In this document: one piece after another, positions 27,710-36,800 of the stretch
Numbering within the stretch: position 1 is the stretch's first letter
Layout of the letters: each line of letters begins with the position of its first letter
Assembly (NCBI GenBank): GCA_965116195.1
Contig: OZ220491.1
Location: 336,042-400,041, forward strand
DNA length: 64,000 nt
Origin: Acidimicrobiales bacterium
GTDB taxonomy: Bacteria > Actinomycetota > Acidimicrobiia > Acidimicrobiales > Aldehydirespiratoraceae
Direction of reading: 5' to 3'
Program-made: the position numbers and the translations under genes
The notes under the pieces: generated by a model
Seen by the model: only the letters and a program-made list of their open reading frames with translations
What the model was told of the DNA's origin: nothing
Databases searched by the model: none

Positions 27710-27957
27710 TGGTTGTTGAGGCGTGGGGTGTTGTGGGTTGGTTTGGGTACGGGGAACTGTTTGACCGGGTGGAGGTGGCTGCGTGATGGTTGTTGAGGCG
27801 TGGGGTGTTGTGGGTTGGTTTGGGTACGGGGAACTGTTTGACCGGGTGGAGGTGGCTGCGTGACTTCGCTGGCTGTGGCGGCATCAGCACTTTGCGGGCG
27901 ATCTCGTCCTCGCGGCCGGTGGGTGGAGGTGGCTGCGTGACTTCGCTGGCTGTTGCG
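27682..27957. repeat. 77-bp-period tandem array (about 3.6 units) spanning the FabH stop and the DUF1295 start
   Basis: The core CCGGGTGGAGGTGGCTGCGTGA recurs at 27688, 27765 and 27842, and as GGGTGGAGGTGGCTGCGTGA at 27921. Units 1-2 are near-identical. Units 3-4 share GTGACTTCGCTGGCTGT(G/T)GCGG. Confidence 0.95.
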
Positions 27958-28752
27958 GCTGGGGTCGCGGCGGTGCTGATGGTGGGCTGCTGGCTGGTGA
28001 GCCTGCGCCTGAAGGACGCATCGGTGGTGGACCCGCTGTGGCCGATGGTATTCGTCGCCGTGGCGTGGGTCGTGTGGCTCAGCTCAGGCGACTCCGGCGA
28101 TGGCATCGGACGCAAGCTGTTACTGGCTGTGATGGTGACGCTGTGGGGTCTCCGGCTCGGCATCCACCTAGCGCTTCGCAAACGGGGTGAGCCGGAGGAC
28201 TACCGCTATGTGGCGATGCGTGCTCGCTTCCAACCGTTCGAGTTGTGGAGCCTGCTGATCGTTTTCGGATTGCAGGGTGTGCTCGCCACTGTTGTCGCGT
28301 TGCCGCTGATCGCTGTGATGGGTGCCGGTGCCGCTGACAGTTCCGCCGTGTGGTGGCTGGACTGGGTCGGTGCCGCGGTGTGGGCAATCGGGCTGCTGTT
28401 TGAGACGATCGGAGACTTCCAGCTCACACGCTTCCGCGCCGATCCTGCCAACCGGGGCAAGGTGCTTGATCGGGGATTGTGGCGCTACAGCCGCCACCCC
28501 AACTACTTCGGCGACTGCGTGGTCTGGTGGGGTATGTGGCTGGTGGCGGCTGCGGCAGGTGACTGGTGGACGGTGGTCGGGCCACTGCTCATGACGATCC
28601 TGTTGCTGCGGGTTTCGGGTGTGGCGCTGCTTGAGCGAACCATCGGCAAGCGACGCCCCGAATACGCCGAGTACGTGGCGCACACCAGTGCCTTCGTGCC
28701 ACTGCCGCCCCGCCGCTCACGGCCATCGGGCACTGCCGACAGTCGCAGCTGA
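27937..28752 (+). CDS. DUF1295 / steroid 5-alpha-reductase-like membrane protein
   Basis: The GTG 27937 start overlaps the preceding TGA as GTGA. It is polytopic. The C-terminal motif RYSRHPNYFGDCVVWWGMWL is typical of this family. Confidence 0.75.
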   Translation: MTSLAVAAGVAAVLMVGCWLVSLRLKDASVVDPLWPMVFVAVAWVVWLSSGDSGDGIGRKLLLAVMVTLWGLRLGIHLALRKRGEPEDYRYVAMRARFQPFELWSLLIVFGLQGVLATVVALPLIAVMGAGAADSSAVWWLDWVGAAVWAIGLLFETIGDFQLTRFRADPANRGKVLDRGLWRYSRHPNYFGDCVVWWGMWLVAAAAGDWWTVVGPLLMTILLLRVSGVALLERTIGKRRPEYAEYVAHTSAFVPLPPRRSRPSGTADSRS

Positions 28753-28762
28753 TCATCGCGTC

Positions 28763-30694
28763 ATGGGCGATGTCGCGGTTGCGTGGTTTCGGCGCGACCT
28801 GCGGTTGGCAGACAACCCGGCATGGGCTGCGGCAACAAGCCACGCCACTGCTGTTCCGGTCGTGGTGTTTGAACCGCGCCTGCTAGCGGCAGCAGGCGCT
28901 CATCGGCTACGCGCCTATCTGGGCGCGGTGGCTGGTCTTGAGCAGTCACTGGAGAACATCGGCGCGCCACTGCATGTGGTGGTCGGGGATCCTGTCGAAG
29001 TGATCGGGAGCGTGGCGGCTCAGCTGGGCGCTGCGACAGTTTGCGTGAATGCCGACGTGACTCCTTACGCAGCGCGTCGCGACCGTCAGGTGGCCGACAG
29101 GCTTGGCCGCCCCCTGGAAGCGCATTGGGGCACGCTGGTACATCCGCCGGGCACGGTGCTGACCAGCCAGGGCAAGCTGTCGCAGGTGTTCACGCCTTTC
29201 TGGCGTCGCTGGCGGTGCCTGCCCCTGCCTCCCGAAGCCCAAGCTCGGGCGCAGGCCCAGGCCCGGCATGGAACCCTTACGGATGTCAACTTGGCTATGA
29301 CCACACTGCCCCACCGTCAACGGCGACTGCCGGGCGGGCATGGCACCGTCAACGATGTTGACGCAACCATGCCGCTGCGTCCTGAGGCCCAGGCCCCAGT
29401 AGAGGCCCGGCACGGCATTGTCACTGATGTAGATGTGGTTGTGCCGCTGCGTCCTGAGGCCCAGGCCCCAGTAGAGGCCCGGCACGGCACCGTTGCCGAT
29501 GTTGACGCAACCATGCCGCTGCGTTCCGAGGCCCAGGCCCCAGTCGAAGCCCAGCACGGCAGCAGCACTGATGTAGATGTGGTTATGCCGCTGAGTCCTG
29601 AGGCCCAGGTCCCACCGCAAGCCCAGCGCGGCACCGTTACCGATGTTGACGCCACCATGACGCTGCGAGCTGCGCTGGCCGAACTGCGACGTATCGGCAT
29701 TGAGCTACCGTCCGAACCCCCGCCTGCCGGAACACCGGCGTATTCCGAAGCGAGCGCCGCCGACCGACTTGACGGGTGGCTTGAAAGGGTGGATCGCTAC
29801 CACAAGACCCGCGACTCATTCGGTGCTGCGCACACATCGGAACTGAGCGCCGCACTGCATCTGGGCGTGCTGTCGCCCCGGTCGGTCGTGGCCGCGGTCG
29901 GTACTGACACGCCCGGGCGGGAAGCGTTCGTGCGTCAGTTCGCCTGGCGCGACTGGTACGCCCACCTCACTTATCAGCATCCCGACATCGCCGACACAGC
30001 CATCAAGCCGTCCTATGAGAGGATCGCCTGGCGCGGCGGCAAAGGCGCTGACCGCGATTTCGAGGCATGGCGCGAGGGCCGCACCGGTTACCCGATAGTG
30101 GACGCGGCCATGCGCCAACTTGCCGCCACCGGACAGCTTCACAATCGCCTGCGTATGGTCGCTGCCTCGTTCTTGGTCAAGGACCTGCTTGTTGACTGGC
30201 GGCGTGGCGAGCGTTGGTTCCGACGTTTGTTGGTGGACGGCGATGTTGCGCAGAATGCCGGCAACTGGCAATGGGTCGCCGGCACCGGCCCCGACGCTGC
30301 GCCGTATTTCAGGGTCTTCAATCCCGTTACGCAGAGTCGGCGTCATGACCCTGAGGGTGTCCATCTGAGGCGGTGGGTTCCGGAGTTGGCCCGCCTGGAG
30401 GCTGATGCCATTCATGCGCCTTGGGAGGCTTCGTTGTCCCAGCTTGCGGCCGCCGGAGTCAGGCTCGGTGTGGACTACCCGGCACCCATCGTTGATCACG
30501 CGGCGGCGCGCCAACGTGCCCTGGCGGCTTACCGGGCCGCAGTTGAAGGTGGCGCGTCCGGCGGCCAGGATCCGACGGACATGACGCTCTTTGAGGTGGC
30601 GGCTCACCGGGCTGCGGTTGACACCGGTGAGTCGGCGGCCACGACCGACAGTGCCATACTGCCCTTCGTGGAAACAACCGCAGAAGGGAGATGA
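28763..30694 (+). CDS. deoxyribodipyrimidine photolyase/cryptochrome-family protein with 144-aa repeat insertion
   Basis: N-terminus VAWFRRDLRLADNPAW. FAD-domain motifs TSELSAALHLGVLSPR, GYPIVDAAMRQL...HNRLRMVAASFL, GNWQWVAGTG, FRVFNP. ATG 28763 is preferred over the 28619 extension, which would overlap DUF1295. Confidence 0.85.
   Translation: MGDVAVAWFRRDLRLADNPAWAAATSHATAVPVVVFEPRLLAAAGAHRLRAYLGAVAGLEQSLENIGAPLHVVVGDPVEVIGSVAAQLGAATVCVNADVTPYAARRDRQVADRLGRPLEAHWGTLVHPPGTVLTSQGKLSQVFTPFWRRWRCLPLPPEAQARAQAQARHGTLTDVNLAMTTLPHRQRRLPGGHGTVNDVDATMPLRPEAQAPVEARHGIVTDVDVVVPLRPEAQAPVEARHGTVADVDATMPLRSEAQAPVEAQHGSSTDVDVVMPLSPEAQVPPQAQRGTVTDVDATMTLRAALAELRRIGIELPSEPPPAGTPAYSEASAADRLDGWLERVDRYHKTRDSFGAAHTSELSAALHLGVLSPRSVVAAVGTDTPGREAFVRQFAWRDWYAHLTYQHPDIADTAIKPSYERIAWRGGKGADRDFEAWREGRTGYPIVDAAMRQLAATGQLHNRLRMVAASFLVKDLLVDWRRGERWFRRLLVDGDVAQNAGNWQWVAGTGPDAAPYFRVFNPVTQSRRHDPEGVHLRRWVPELARLEADAIHAPWEASLSQLAAAGVRLGVDYPAPIVDHAAARQRALAAYRAAVEGGASGGQDPTDMTLFEVAAHRAAVDTGESAATTDSAILPFVETTAEGR
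29227..29658 (+). repeat. six tandem 72-bp (24-aa) in-frame repeats inside the photolyase gene
   Basis: Units start at 29227, 29299, 29371, 29443, 29515 and 29587. The peptide consensus is PLRPEAQAPVEARHGTVTDVDATM. The inner units are about 85-95% identical by eye and the outer units are more diverged. Confidence 0.95.
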
Positions 30695-30945
30695 CGCAGT
30701 TGCGCAAAGTGCTGGTGTACTTGATGCTCCTCAGTGGGCGGTTCGACGGGCTAGCCCGACATTTTCAGGTTGCGCAAGGTGCTGGGCGTACTTGATGTTG
30801 TTGCTGGGTCAAACAACCGCGGAAGGGAAGTGAAGTAGTGCGCAAGGTGCTGGGCGTACTTGATGCTGCTGGGTCAAACAACCGCGGAAGGGAAGTGAAG
30901 TAGTGCGCAAAGTGCTGGCGTACTCGATGCTGCTGCTGGTCGGGT
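30672..30945 (+). repeat. four tandem copies (65-70 bp period) of the antiporter SD + start-codon region
   Basis: (G/T)TGCGCAA(A/G)GTGCTGG recurs at 30700, 30770, 30838 and 30903. AAACAACCGC(A/G)GAAGGGA(A/G) precedes copies 1, 3 and 4. The first copy of that element includes the photolyase stop codon. Confidence 0.9.
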
Positions 30946-32264
30946 TGGTGCTGTCGCAGTTCCTGCCGCAGCTGACCGGTGACCTGCACGACTCGACGGC
31001 AACGACAATCCGTGTGCTGACCATGACCGGCCTGGCGTTCATCATGATCCATGTCGGCTTCGAGTTCCACATCGACAAGAGCAATCTTCGCCAGTACGGG
31101 TGGGACTACTTCGTGGCGTTCACCGCTGCGTCTTTCCCGTGGGTTTTCGTCACCGGGTACTTCGTGTTCGTGATGCTGCCGTCGGATTTGTGGGGCAGCG
31201 CGGACGCTTGGAAAGAGACGCTGTTGGCGGGCAGGTTTGCGGCACCGACCTCGGCCGGGGTCTTGTTCAGCATGCTCGCCGCAGCGGGCCTCGGTGCCAC
31301 TTGGCTGTTTCGCAAAGCGCGGATTCTTGCGATCTTCGACGACCTTGACACCGTGCTGTTGATGATTCCGTTGCAGATTTTGCTGGTCGGTCTAGCATGG
31401 CAACTCGGAGGCGTGGTGGTGCTCATGGCCGTGCTGCTCGTGGTTGCGTACGTGTTTCTGCACCGGGTGACGCTGCCGGTTACCTGGGGCTGGGTCGTGT
31501 TCTACGCCGCTGCGATAGTGGGCATCAGCGAGATGCTGTACGCGCTGACGAAGGTGATTGACCCGTCCGTTCCGATCCACATCGAAGTCCTACTGCCCGC
31601 TTTCGTGCTCGGCTGCGTTGCCAGGCCCCGGTCAGCCGCCGCGCCGGGTGTCGCGTCGGGCACCGCCGAGGCAGTCGAGGCTGATCTGCATGCGGTGCTG
31701 GAACGGCCGAAAGAGCAGCGTGCGGCAGCCTCGGTTGCGGCGGTGTTCATGCTGCTGGTCGGGTTGAGCCTGCCGCAGATTTTCGAGGGCTCCGACGCGC
31801 AGCATCCCGAACCGACCGAGGCGTCGCTGCACGCAGCCGCGCCGGCTGGTTCGGTGGATGATCCGACCGTGCATGGTGGGCAGTACGAGGGTCGCTATGT
31901 CGCCACCGTGACTGCCAGTCAGCCCCAGATGGCCTGGAGCGAGATCGCTTGGCATGTTTTGGTACTGTCGTTGCTGAGCAATCTGGGAAAGATGTTTCCG
32001 GCGTTGTGCTACCGCCGCCTAGCCCACTGGCGGGAGCGGCTGGCTGTGGCCATCGGCATGTGGCCCAGGGGCGAAGTCGGTGCCGGTGTGCTGGTACTCA
32101 GCCTCAGCTATGGCATCCGTGGGCCGATTGTCACCGTGGCGATGTTGTCGTTGGCGCTCAACCTTTCGCTGACCGGTGTGTTCATCTTCTTCGTCAAGAA
32201 ACTCATCGCCCCCGTAACCCAGCCGGTTCAGCAGGAATCGGTTGCCCTCAAGCAGCCCGCGTAG
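30903..32264 (+). CDS. cation:proton antiporter-family membrane protein
   Basis: GTG start. It is a polytopic protein. AAPTSAGVLFSMLAAAGLG...ILAIFDDLDTVLLMIPLQ resembles the CPA-family PT-D / ES-xND segments. Confidence 0.6.
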   Translation: MRKVLAYSMLLLVGLVLSQFLPQLTGDLHDSTATTIRVLTMTGLAFIMIHVGFEFHIDKSNLRQYGWDYFVAFTAASFPWVFVTGYFVFVMLPSDLWGSADAWKETLLAGRFAAPTSAGVLFSMLAAAGLGATWLFRKARILAIFDDLDTVLLMIPLQILLVGLAWQLGGVVVLMAVLLVVAYVFLHRVTLPVTWGWVVFYAAAIVGISEMLYALTKVIDPSVPIHIEVLLPAFVLGCVARPRSAAAPGVASGTAEAVEADLHAVLERPKEQRAAASVAAVFMLLVGLSLPQIFEGSDAQHPEPTEASLHAAAPAGSVDDPTVHGGQYEGRYVATVTASQPQMAWSEIAWHVLVLSLLSNLGKMFPALCYRRLAHWRERLAVAIGMWPRGEVGAGVLVLSLSYGIRGPIVTVAMLSLALNLSLTGVFIFFVKKLIAPVTQPVQQESVALKQPA

Positions 32265-32356
32265 TACTGCTTCGCATCAAGCGCCCGCATCAGGCTCTTA
32301 TATCCGGCGACAGTCCTCGGGCAAAGCGGTCAACACATAGTTCGCTTACGCAGCGA

Positions 32357-33352
32357 TCAACGGTTGCTTCGCGAAGTGGCGGTTGGCTTTGGGAGGTTGA
32401 CGAGTTCGTAGCTGAGGTTGACGAGTTGGCGGGCTGTGCGCATGTCGCGGGCATCGGGGTTGGGGGTTTCCATGGGCCAGCCGCCGTTCTTGGTGCCTTC
32501 GTCGCGGTAGAGGACGCTGCTTTGGCTGAAATAGGCACCGGAGTGTTGCGGGGCATCGTCGGAGATGAGGCAGTGCAGGCTGGTCTGGGCGGATTCTTCG
32601 TTGCTGTCGGACATGAACCTCGTCAACGGGCGCATCACCTTCATCGCCACCCTCATGAGGCCCTTGGCACCGGAGCCGAAGTTGGAGCGGGCCCAGCCAG
32701 GGTGGACCGAGAAGACCGAAAAGTGGGTGCCCTTGACTCGTTCGGCGAGTTCTTTGGCGTAGAGGACCGTGGCGACCTTGGCTTCGGCATAAGCACCGAA
32801 GTTGCTGAATTTGCGGGTCTTGTAATTGATGTCGTCAAAGTTGATGGCGGGGCGCTTTTTCGGGCTGCCGGCATGCACCACCGACGACAGGATCACCATG
32901 CGGGAATCGGGTGTGGCCTGCAAGGTGTCGAGGAGCAGTTCGGTGAGCAGGAAGTGGCCGAAATAGCTGACACCGATGGTGGTTTCGAGGCCGTCTTCGG
33001 TGTGTTCGACGGTGCCCGACATGTTGACGAACCCGGCGTTGCAGGCAAGGCCGTGGAGTTCGCTGTGGCTGGCGAGGAACTCGCTCACGAAGCTGCGCAC
33101 CGAGGCGAGGCTGGCGAGGTCGAGGTGCATGACCTCCTGGCTGCCGACGAGTCCGGTGCCGGTGAACTCGGCGGCAGCTTTCTCGCCGGCATCAACGCGG
33201 CGACATGCCATGACGACATGGCCGCCCTGTCGGACCAACTGGCGTGCAGTTTCGAGGCCGACGCCTGAATTGGCACCGGTCACGATGTATGTTTTTCCCG
33301 ACAGGTCTTTCGAGCGGGTGGTGTCGTCGATTGCGTGTTTGATACGTGCCAT
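32357..33352 (-). CDS. short-chain dehydrogenase/reductase (retinol-dehydrogenase/WWOX-like)
   Basis: Rossmann motif TGANSGVGLETARQL, NAG motif, catalytic YAEAK (YxxxK). Confidence 0.85.
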   Translation of the reverse strand: MARIKHAIDDTTRSKDLSGKTYIVTGANSGVGLETARQLVRQGGHVVMACRRVDAGEKAAAEFTGTGLVGSQEVMHLDLASLASVRSFVSEFLASHSELHGLACNAGFVNMSGTVEHTEDGLETTIGVSYFGHFLLTELLLDTLQATPDSRMVILSSVVHAGSPKKRPAINFDDINYKTRKFSNFGAYAEAKVATVLYAKELAERVKGTHFSVFSVHPGWARSNFGSGAKGLMRVAMKVMRPLTRFMSDSNEESAQTSLHCLISDDAPQHSGAYFSQSSVLYRDEGTKNGGWPMETPNPDARDMRTARQLVNLSYELVNLPKPTATSRSNR

Positions 33353-33373
33353 TGCGGTTCCTTTTAGAAGGGG

Positions 33374-34255
33374 TCAGGCTGTTTTGAACTGCTCCAGGAG
33401 TCGTTTGGGGTGCATGCCTCGGACGAAGCCCATGAACGGGGGATGGATGCTGTAGCCGAGGAGTCGTTGAATGTGTTCCGAGGAGCGGGCGACGCGCTCT
33501 TGAGACGCTGAGAGCGAGAAGTTTTCCTGGGGGCGGCACCAGGGTCGGCAGTACTGGGCGGTGACGCACATGCGAGATCGGTCGGTGTGGTTCGCTCCGC
33601 CACCGTGCCAGGTGGTGCCGAGCAGAAAGAGCATTGACCCCGCCGGCATGACTGCCGGAATCGCCTTGGATTGTTCGTCTTCGGTGGGGAAGTGGTCGTC
33701 CCATCGGTGTGAGCCGGGGATGATGACGGTGGCACCGTTGTGTGGGGTGAAGTCGTCAATGGCGAAGATCGTTGCTGCGCCGAGCGCGGGCCGTGGGCGT
33801 GGCCAGGCGTAGAAAACGTCGTCAACGTGCAAGCCCTGTGCCTTCTCGCCGGGGGCTATGTCAATGACTTGTAGTTGCGAGAGCAGGTAGTTCGGCTCGA
33901 ACAACTCGTCCAGCAAGCCGAGAGCGAGGGGGTGCTCCACGACGGGGTCAAGGACATCGGTGTCGTTGAGCGGTGAGTAGAGTCGGCGGGTCTTGTACCC
34001 CTCGAAGGCGTTGCGTCCGCCGCTGTGTACGAAGAGAGGGTCAACCGTTGCGCGTATGTCAGCAACGGTGTCGTCTGCAAGGACATTTTCGACGATGGTG
34101 TAGCCGTGCTGTTCAAGGTCGGCGAGGCATCGCTGTTTCAGGGTGTTGTCGATACCGGGCTGCGATCCGGCGGTTGACGGGTACTTTATGGCGTGATCAG
34201 CAGTCAAGTACGCGTCGGAGGCCTGTGCAGCGAGATCGGCTCGGGTCATTGTCAT
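33374..34255 (-). CDS. phytanoyl-CoA dioxygenase (PhyH)-family Fe(II)/2-oxoglutarate oxygenase
   Basis: LHVDD (HxD), GATVIIPGSHRW, TTWHGGGAN. Confidence 0.75.
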   Translation of the reverse strand: MTMTRADLAAQASDAYLTADHAIKYPSTAGSQPGIDNTLKQRCLADLEQHGYTIVENVLADDTVADIRATVDPLFVHSGGRNAFEGYKTRRLYSPLNDTDVLDPVVEHPLALGLLDELFEPNYLLSQLQVIDIAPGEKAQGLHVDDVFYAWPRPRPALGAATIFAIDDFTPHNGATVIIPGSHRWDDHFPTEDEQSKAIPAVMPAGSMLFLLGTTWHGGGANHTDRSRMCVTAQYCRPWCRPQENFSLSASQERVARSSEHIQRLLGYSIHPPFMGFVRGMHPKRLLEQFKTA

Positions 34256-34466
34256 CTTTGCTCCTCTCGTGCCGGTTTGGAAACATCCGATTCATCTGCT
34301 CCGACCCCGATTTTATGGAACTGGCAGCGTCGCAGGACTTGGAGTAGCTTGTTACCTTTGATGCGGCCGTTGCTCCGCGCTACTCGCAGAATCATCTCTG
34401 CGCCGCCGGGCGGACAAGGTGTACCCAAAGCCAACGTCAGGCAACCGCAAGCCTACGATTGAGGCC

Positions 34467-34916
34467 ATGCCCCACTTGACTGCCAGTGCCGCGCTCGTTT
34501 CCATTGGCTATCAAGAACGCAACATCGGCGAATTCGTTGAGCTTCTTGTCGATAACAGTGTTGAGATACTCGTTGATGTCCGGCTCAACGCGATCTCCCG
34601 CAAACGCGGCTTCTCCAAGGCAGCACTGTCTGATGCCCTGGAACAAGCGGGCATCACCTACCGCCACGAACGCCAACTGGGCAACCCGAAGGACAACCGA
34701 GAACCCTTCCGCCAAGGCCTTGCCTCAGCCCGCGACAGGTATCTGGCTCATCTCTCCAACGGAGCATCCGACATCTGCGACGAGATCGTGTCTCTCGCCA
34801 GCACGACCCGAGTTGCCCTGCTCTGCTACGAGCGAGATCACGCCGATTGTCACCGCTCTTGCATCATCGAAACCGCCCAAGCCCAAAACCCAAACCTGAA
34901 CATCATCAAGATCTGA
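34467..34916 (+). CDS. DUF488-family protein
   Basis: VSIGYQERNIGEFVELL...ILVDVRLNAISRKRGFSK...YRHERQLGNP...ALLCYERDHADCHR matches the DUF488 pattern. ATG 34467 follows GAGG. Confidence 0.75.
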   Translation: MPHLTASAALVSIGYQERNIGEFVELLVDNSVEILVDVRLNAISRKRGFSKAALSDALEQAGITYRHERQLGNPKDNREPFRQGLASARDRYLAHLSNGASDICDEIVSLASTTRVALLCYERDHADCHRSCIIETAQAQNPNLNIIKI

Positions 34917-34922
34917 CCAACC

Positions 34923-35747
34923 GTGCCTGCTGAACAAGAACTCCGGGTCATGATCCTCGTCAAGGCCGCGCCGGTTCTGACATCGCAACTCCAAGAATCG
35001 ATGTGTGTCGCTGCCATGACCCTTGACGACAGCCCACGCTGGATCCGACTCCACCCAGTGCCATTCCGTGATCTGAACGATGCCAGCAAATTTCGCAAGT
35101 ACCAAGAGGTCACGGTCGCCGCGATCCGCCCACAATCGGATCGTCGGCCCGAATCATGGTCACCACTGGAGGGCTCAATCCAACTCGGTGACACCATTGG
35201 TACCGATCACGACTGGTCAACCAGACGCGAGCGAGTTGCCAAACTTGGTGAGCGCACAACCTGCGATCTTTTCAAAGCCAACCAGTTCGGATCGGGACCC
35301 AACACCCCATCTCTTGCTGTTGTCCGTGCAGCTGCGCCGCCGGAGCTACTCATCACCGAACGCGATGCCGCGCAACTCGACGAGTGGCGGAAGCGGGCCG
35401 ATGCGATCGCCGCACAACAATCGCTTTTCGACGACCTCAATGTCACAAAGGCACCCTTCGAGATCATTCCATGGCGCTTCCGGTACAAGTACCGGTGCCT
35501 CGCCCCGAACTGCAGCGGACACTGCCAGACCATCATTGACTGGGAAGTCGTCACTCTTTACCGCAAGGTCCACGACAGGCCAAATTGGCAGGACCTCATG
35601 CGCCAGAAGTTCGTCAAAGAACTCTGGGCACCCGAACGTGACACGACTCTGTTTGTCGGCAACATGGAACAAAGACCGTCGAGTTTCTTGGTCCTCGGCG
35701 TGTTCTGGCCGCCGCAAAGTGGTATGCAGCGGTCGCTGTTTGGCTAG
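34923..35747 (+). CDS. hypothetical Cys-containing protein (about 265-274 aa), coupled to DUF488
   Basis: It starts 6 nt after the DUF488 stop (GTG 34923 or ATG 34950). A conserved-looking block reads FEIIPWRFRYKYRCLAPNCSGHCQTIIDWE. No family was recognised. Confidence 0.5.
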   Translation: MPAEQELRVMILVKAAPVLTSQLQESMCVAAMTLDDSPRWIRLHPVPFRDLNDASKFRKYQEVTVAAIRPQSDRRPESWSPLEGSIQLGDTIGTDHDWSTRRERVAKLGERTTCDLFKANQFGSGPNTPSLAVVRAAAPPELLITERDAAQLDEWRKRADAIAAQQSLFDDLNVTKAPFEIIPWRFRYKYRCLAPNCSGHCQTIIDWEVVTLYRKVHDRPNWQDLMRQKFVKELWAPERDTTLFVGNMEQRPSSFLVLGVFWPPQSGMQRSLFG

Positions 35748-36242
35748 TGTCTGTGCCGTTGCCCTCGGCGTGGTGACAACTGGTTCAAATTGACGGTCAA
35801 ACTAAATTCGACCTAAATTCGACGGTTTGGAACCTCCACACATCAATTGAGTGTACCCTTACCAGTAACTCCCCGGTGTCGCCAATGCTCCTCGTGGCAT
35901 GCGCCCGGGGTATTGCCTTTCCGGTACATCCGCCTTGCTTTGTGCTCCGGTCACGATTGAGTTCTCAGCACAGGGATGTTCCTTCTCCTACCGGTTTGCT
36001 GGGGCGTGCCGCGTCGGGGTCGTTTCATGTACTTGCGAGATCCAGCGCCGTGTGGAACTCGCTGTGATCCGCGTCAGCCTTGAACTCGCTACTAAAGGAC
36101 TTACGCGACCGGCCCGGCCCCAACACCGGCCCGCACGCTGCTTTGCCGATCACATTTCTCATGCATCACTGACATGACTACCTCCTAAATGAGGTGACCG
36201 GCCAACGGGGGAGGCACCGGTCGTTGCGTGATGGGGTGGGTT

Positions 36243-36800
36243 TCACAGCAGTGTTTGTAGAGCGGTGCGGATTGTTGATGCAGCGGCTGGAAAGTGGCGT
36301 GCCATGGCGAGGATTTCTGATGGTTGGCTGCCGCGCATGGTGAGCCAGCGTTTCAGTGCGTTGGTGGCTTGTTCGGTTCCGTAGAGATGGCGGAGTCGGT
36401 AGGCATCAATGATGGTTCGTGTGGCGGAGTAGATCCCGATGGTGAGTTGTTCGGTGACATCTCGTTTCGTTCTTCCGATGTGAAATGTGTCGTCGTTGAA
36501 TCTGTGCCAGGTGACCGGGGCTTGGGTGCGGGGAGCGCGCCGTGACCGTGGCAGAGCGACATTGATGGAGTGCGGTATGTCATCGGTGAGTTCATGACAG
36601 GCCAGCGCGGATGTCAGGCAGAGCGTGGCGTCCGGGGCTCGGATGGCGATCTCGACGAGATCCAGATCAGTGTGCAGGTCGGGTCGGGTGTAGATGCCCC
36701 TGGCGACTTGCTGGATGTCGCCGCGATCGCGTGCGGCGTAGAGCGCGCGGTCTGACCATCCGGCCCGGCGGGCATCGGCATGGGTGAAACTGTTGCGAGA
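36243..36800 (-). pseudogene. type IV toxin-antitoxin AbiEi-family antitoxin, N-terminally disrupted
   Basis: My own translation of a frame absent from the ORF track reads FTHADARRAGWSDRALYAARDRGDIQQVARGIYTRPDL...APDATLCLTSALACHELTDDIPHSINVALPRSRR...GIYSATRTIIDAYRL. This is the AbiEi pattern. The frame opens just after a TGA and has no start codon. A plausible ATG (MASAAPPLDLATV) lies in another frame, implying a frameshift near 36790. Confidence 0.6.

Noticed and set aside
28619-28762. N-terminal extension of the photolyase, and the 27790 extension of DUF1295.
   Set aside because: Both extensions overlap the upstream gene or the repeat array and add non-homologous sequence. Starts at 28763 and 27937 reproduce the family-typical N-termini.
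27682-30945. Possible CRISPR array suggested by several regularly spaced repeats (77-bp, 72-bp and 65-70-bp periods).
   Set aside because: The units are contiguous tandem copies with no unique spacers. They are not palindromic, and they lie in or across coding sequence. No cas genes are present.
35876-36177. ORFs 35876..36067 and 35899..36177 (+), and a possible AbiEii toxin remnant on the minus strand.
   Set aside because: Their translations show no nucleotidyltransferase (AbiEii/DUF1814) pattern. The space is too short for the toxin. The region is best read as a deletion scar.
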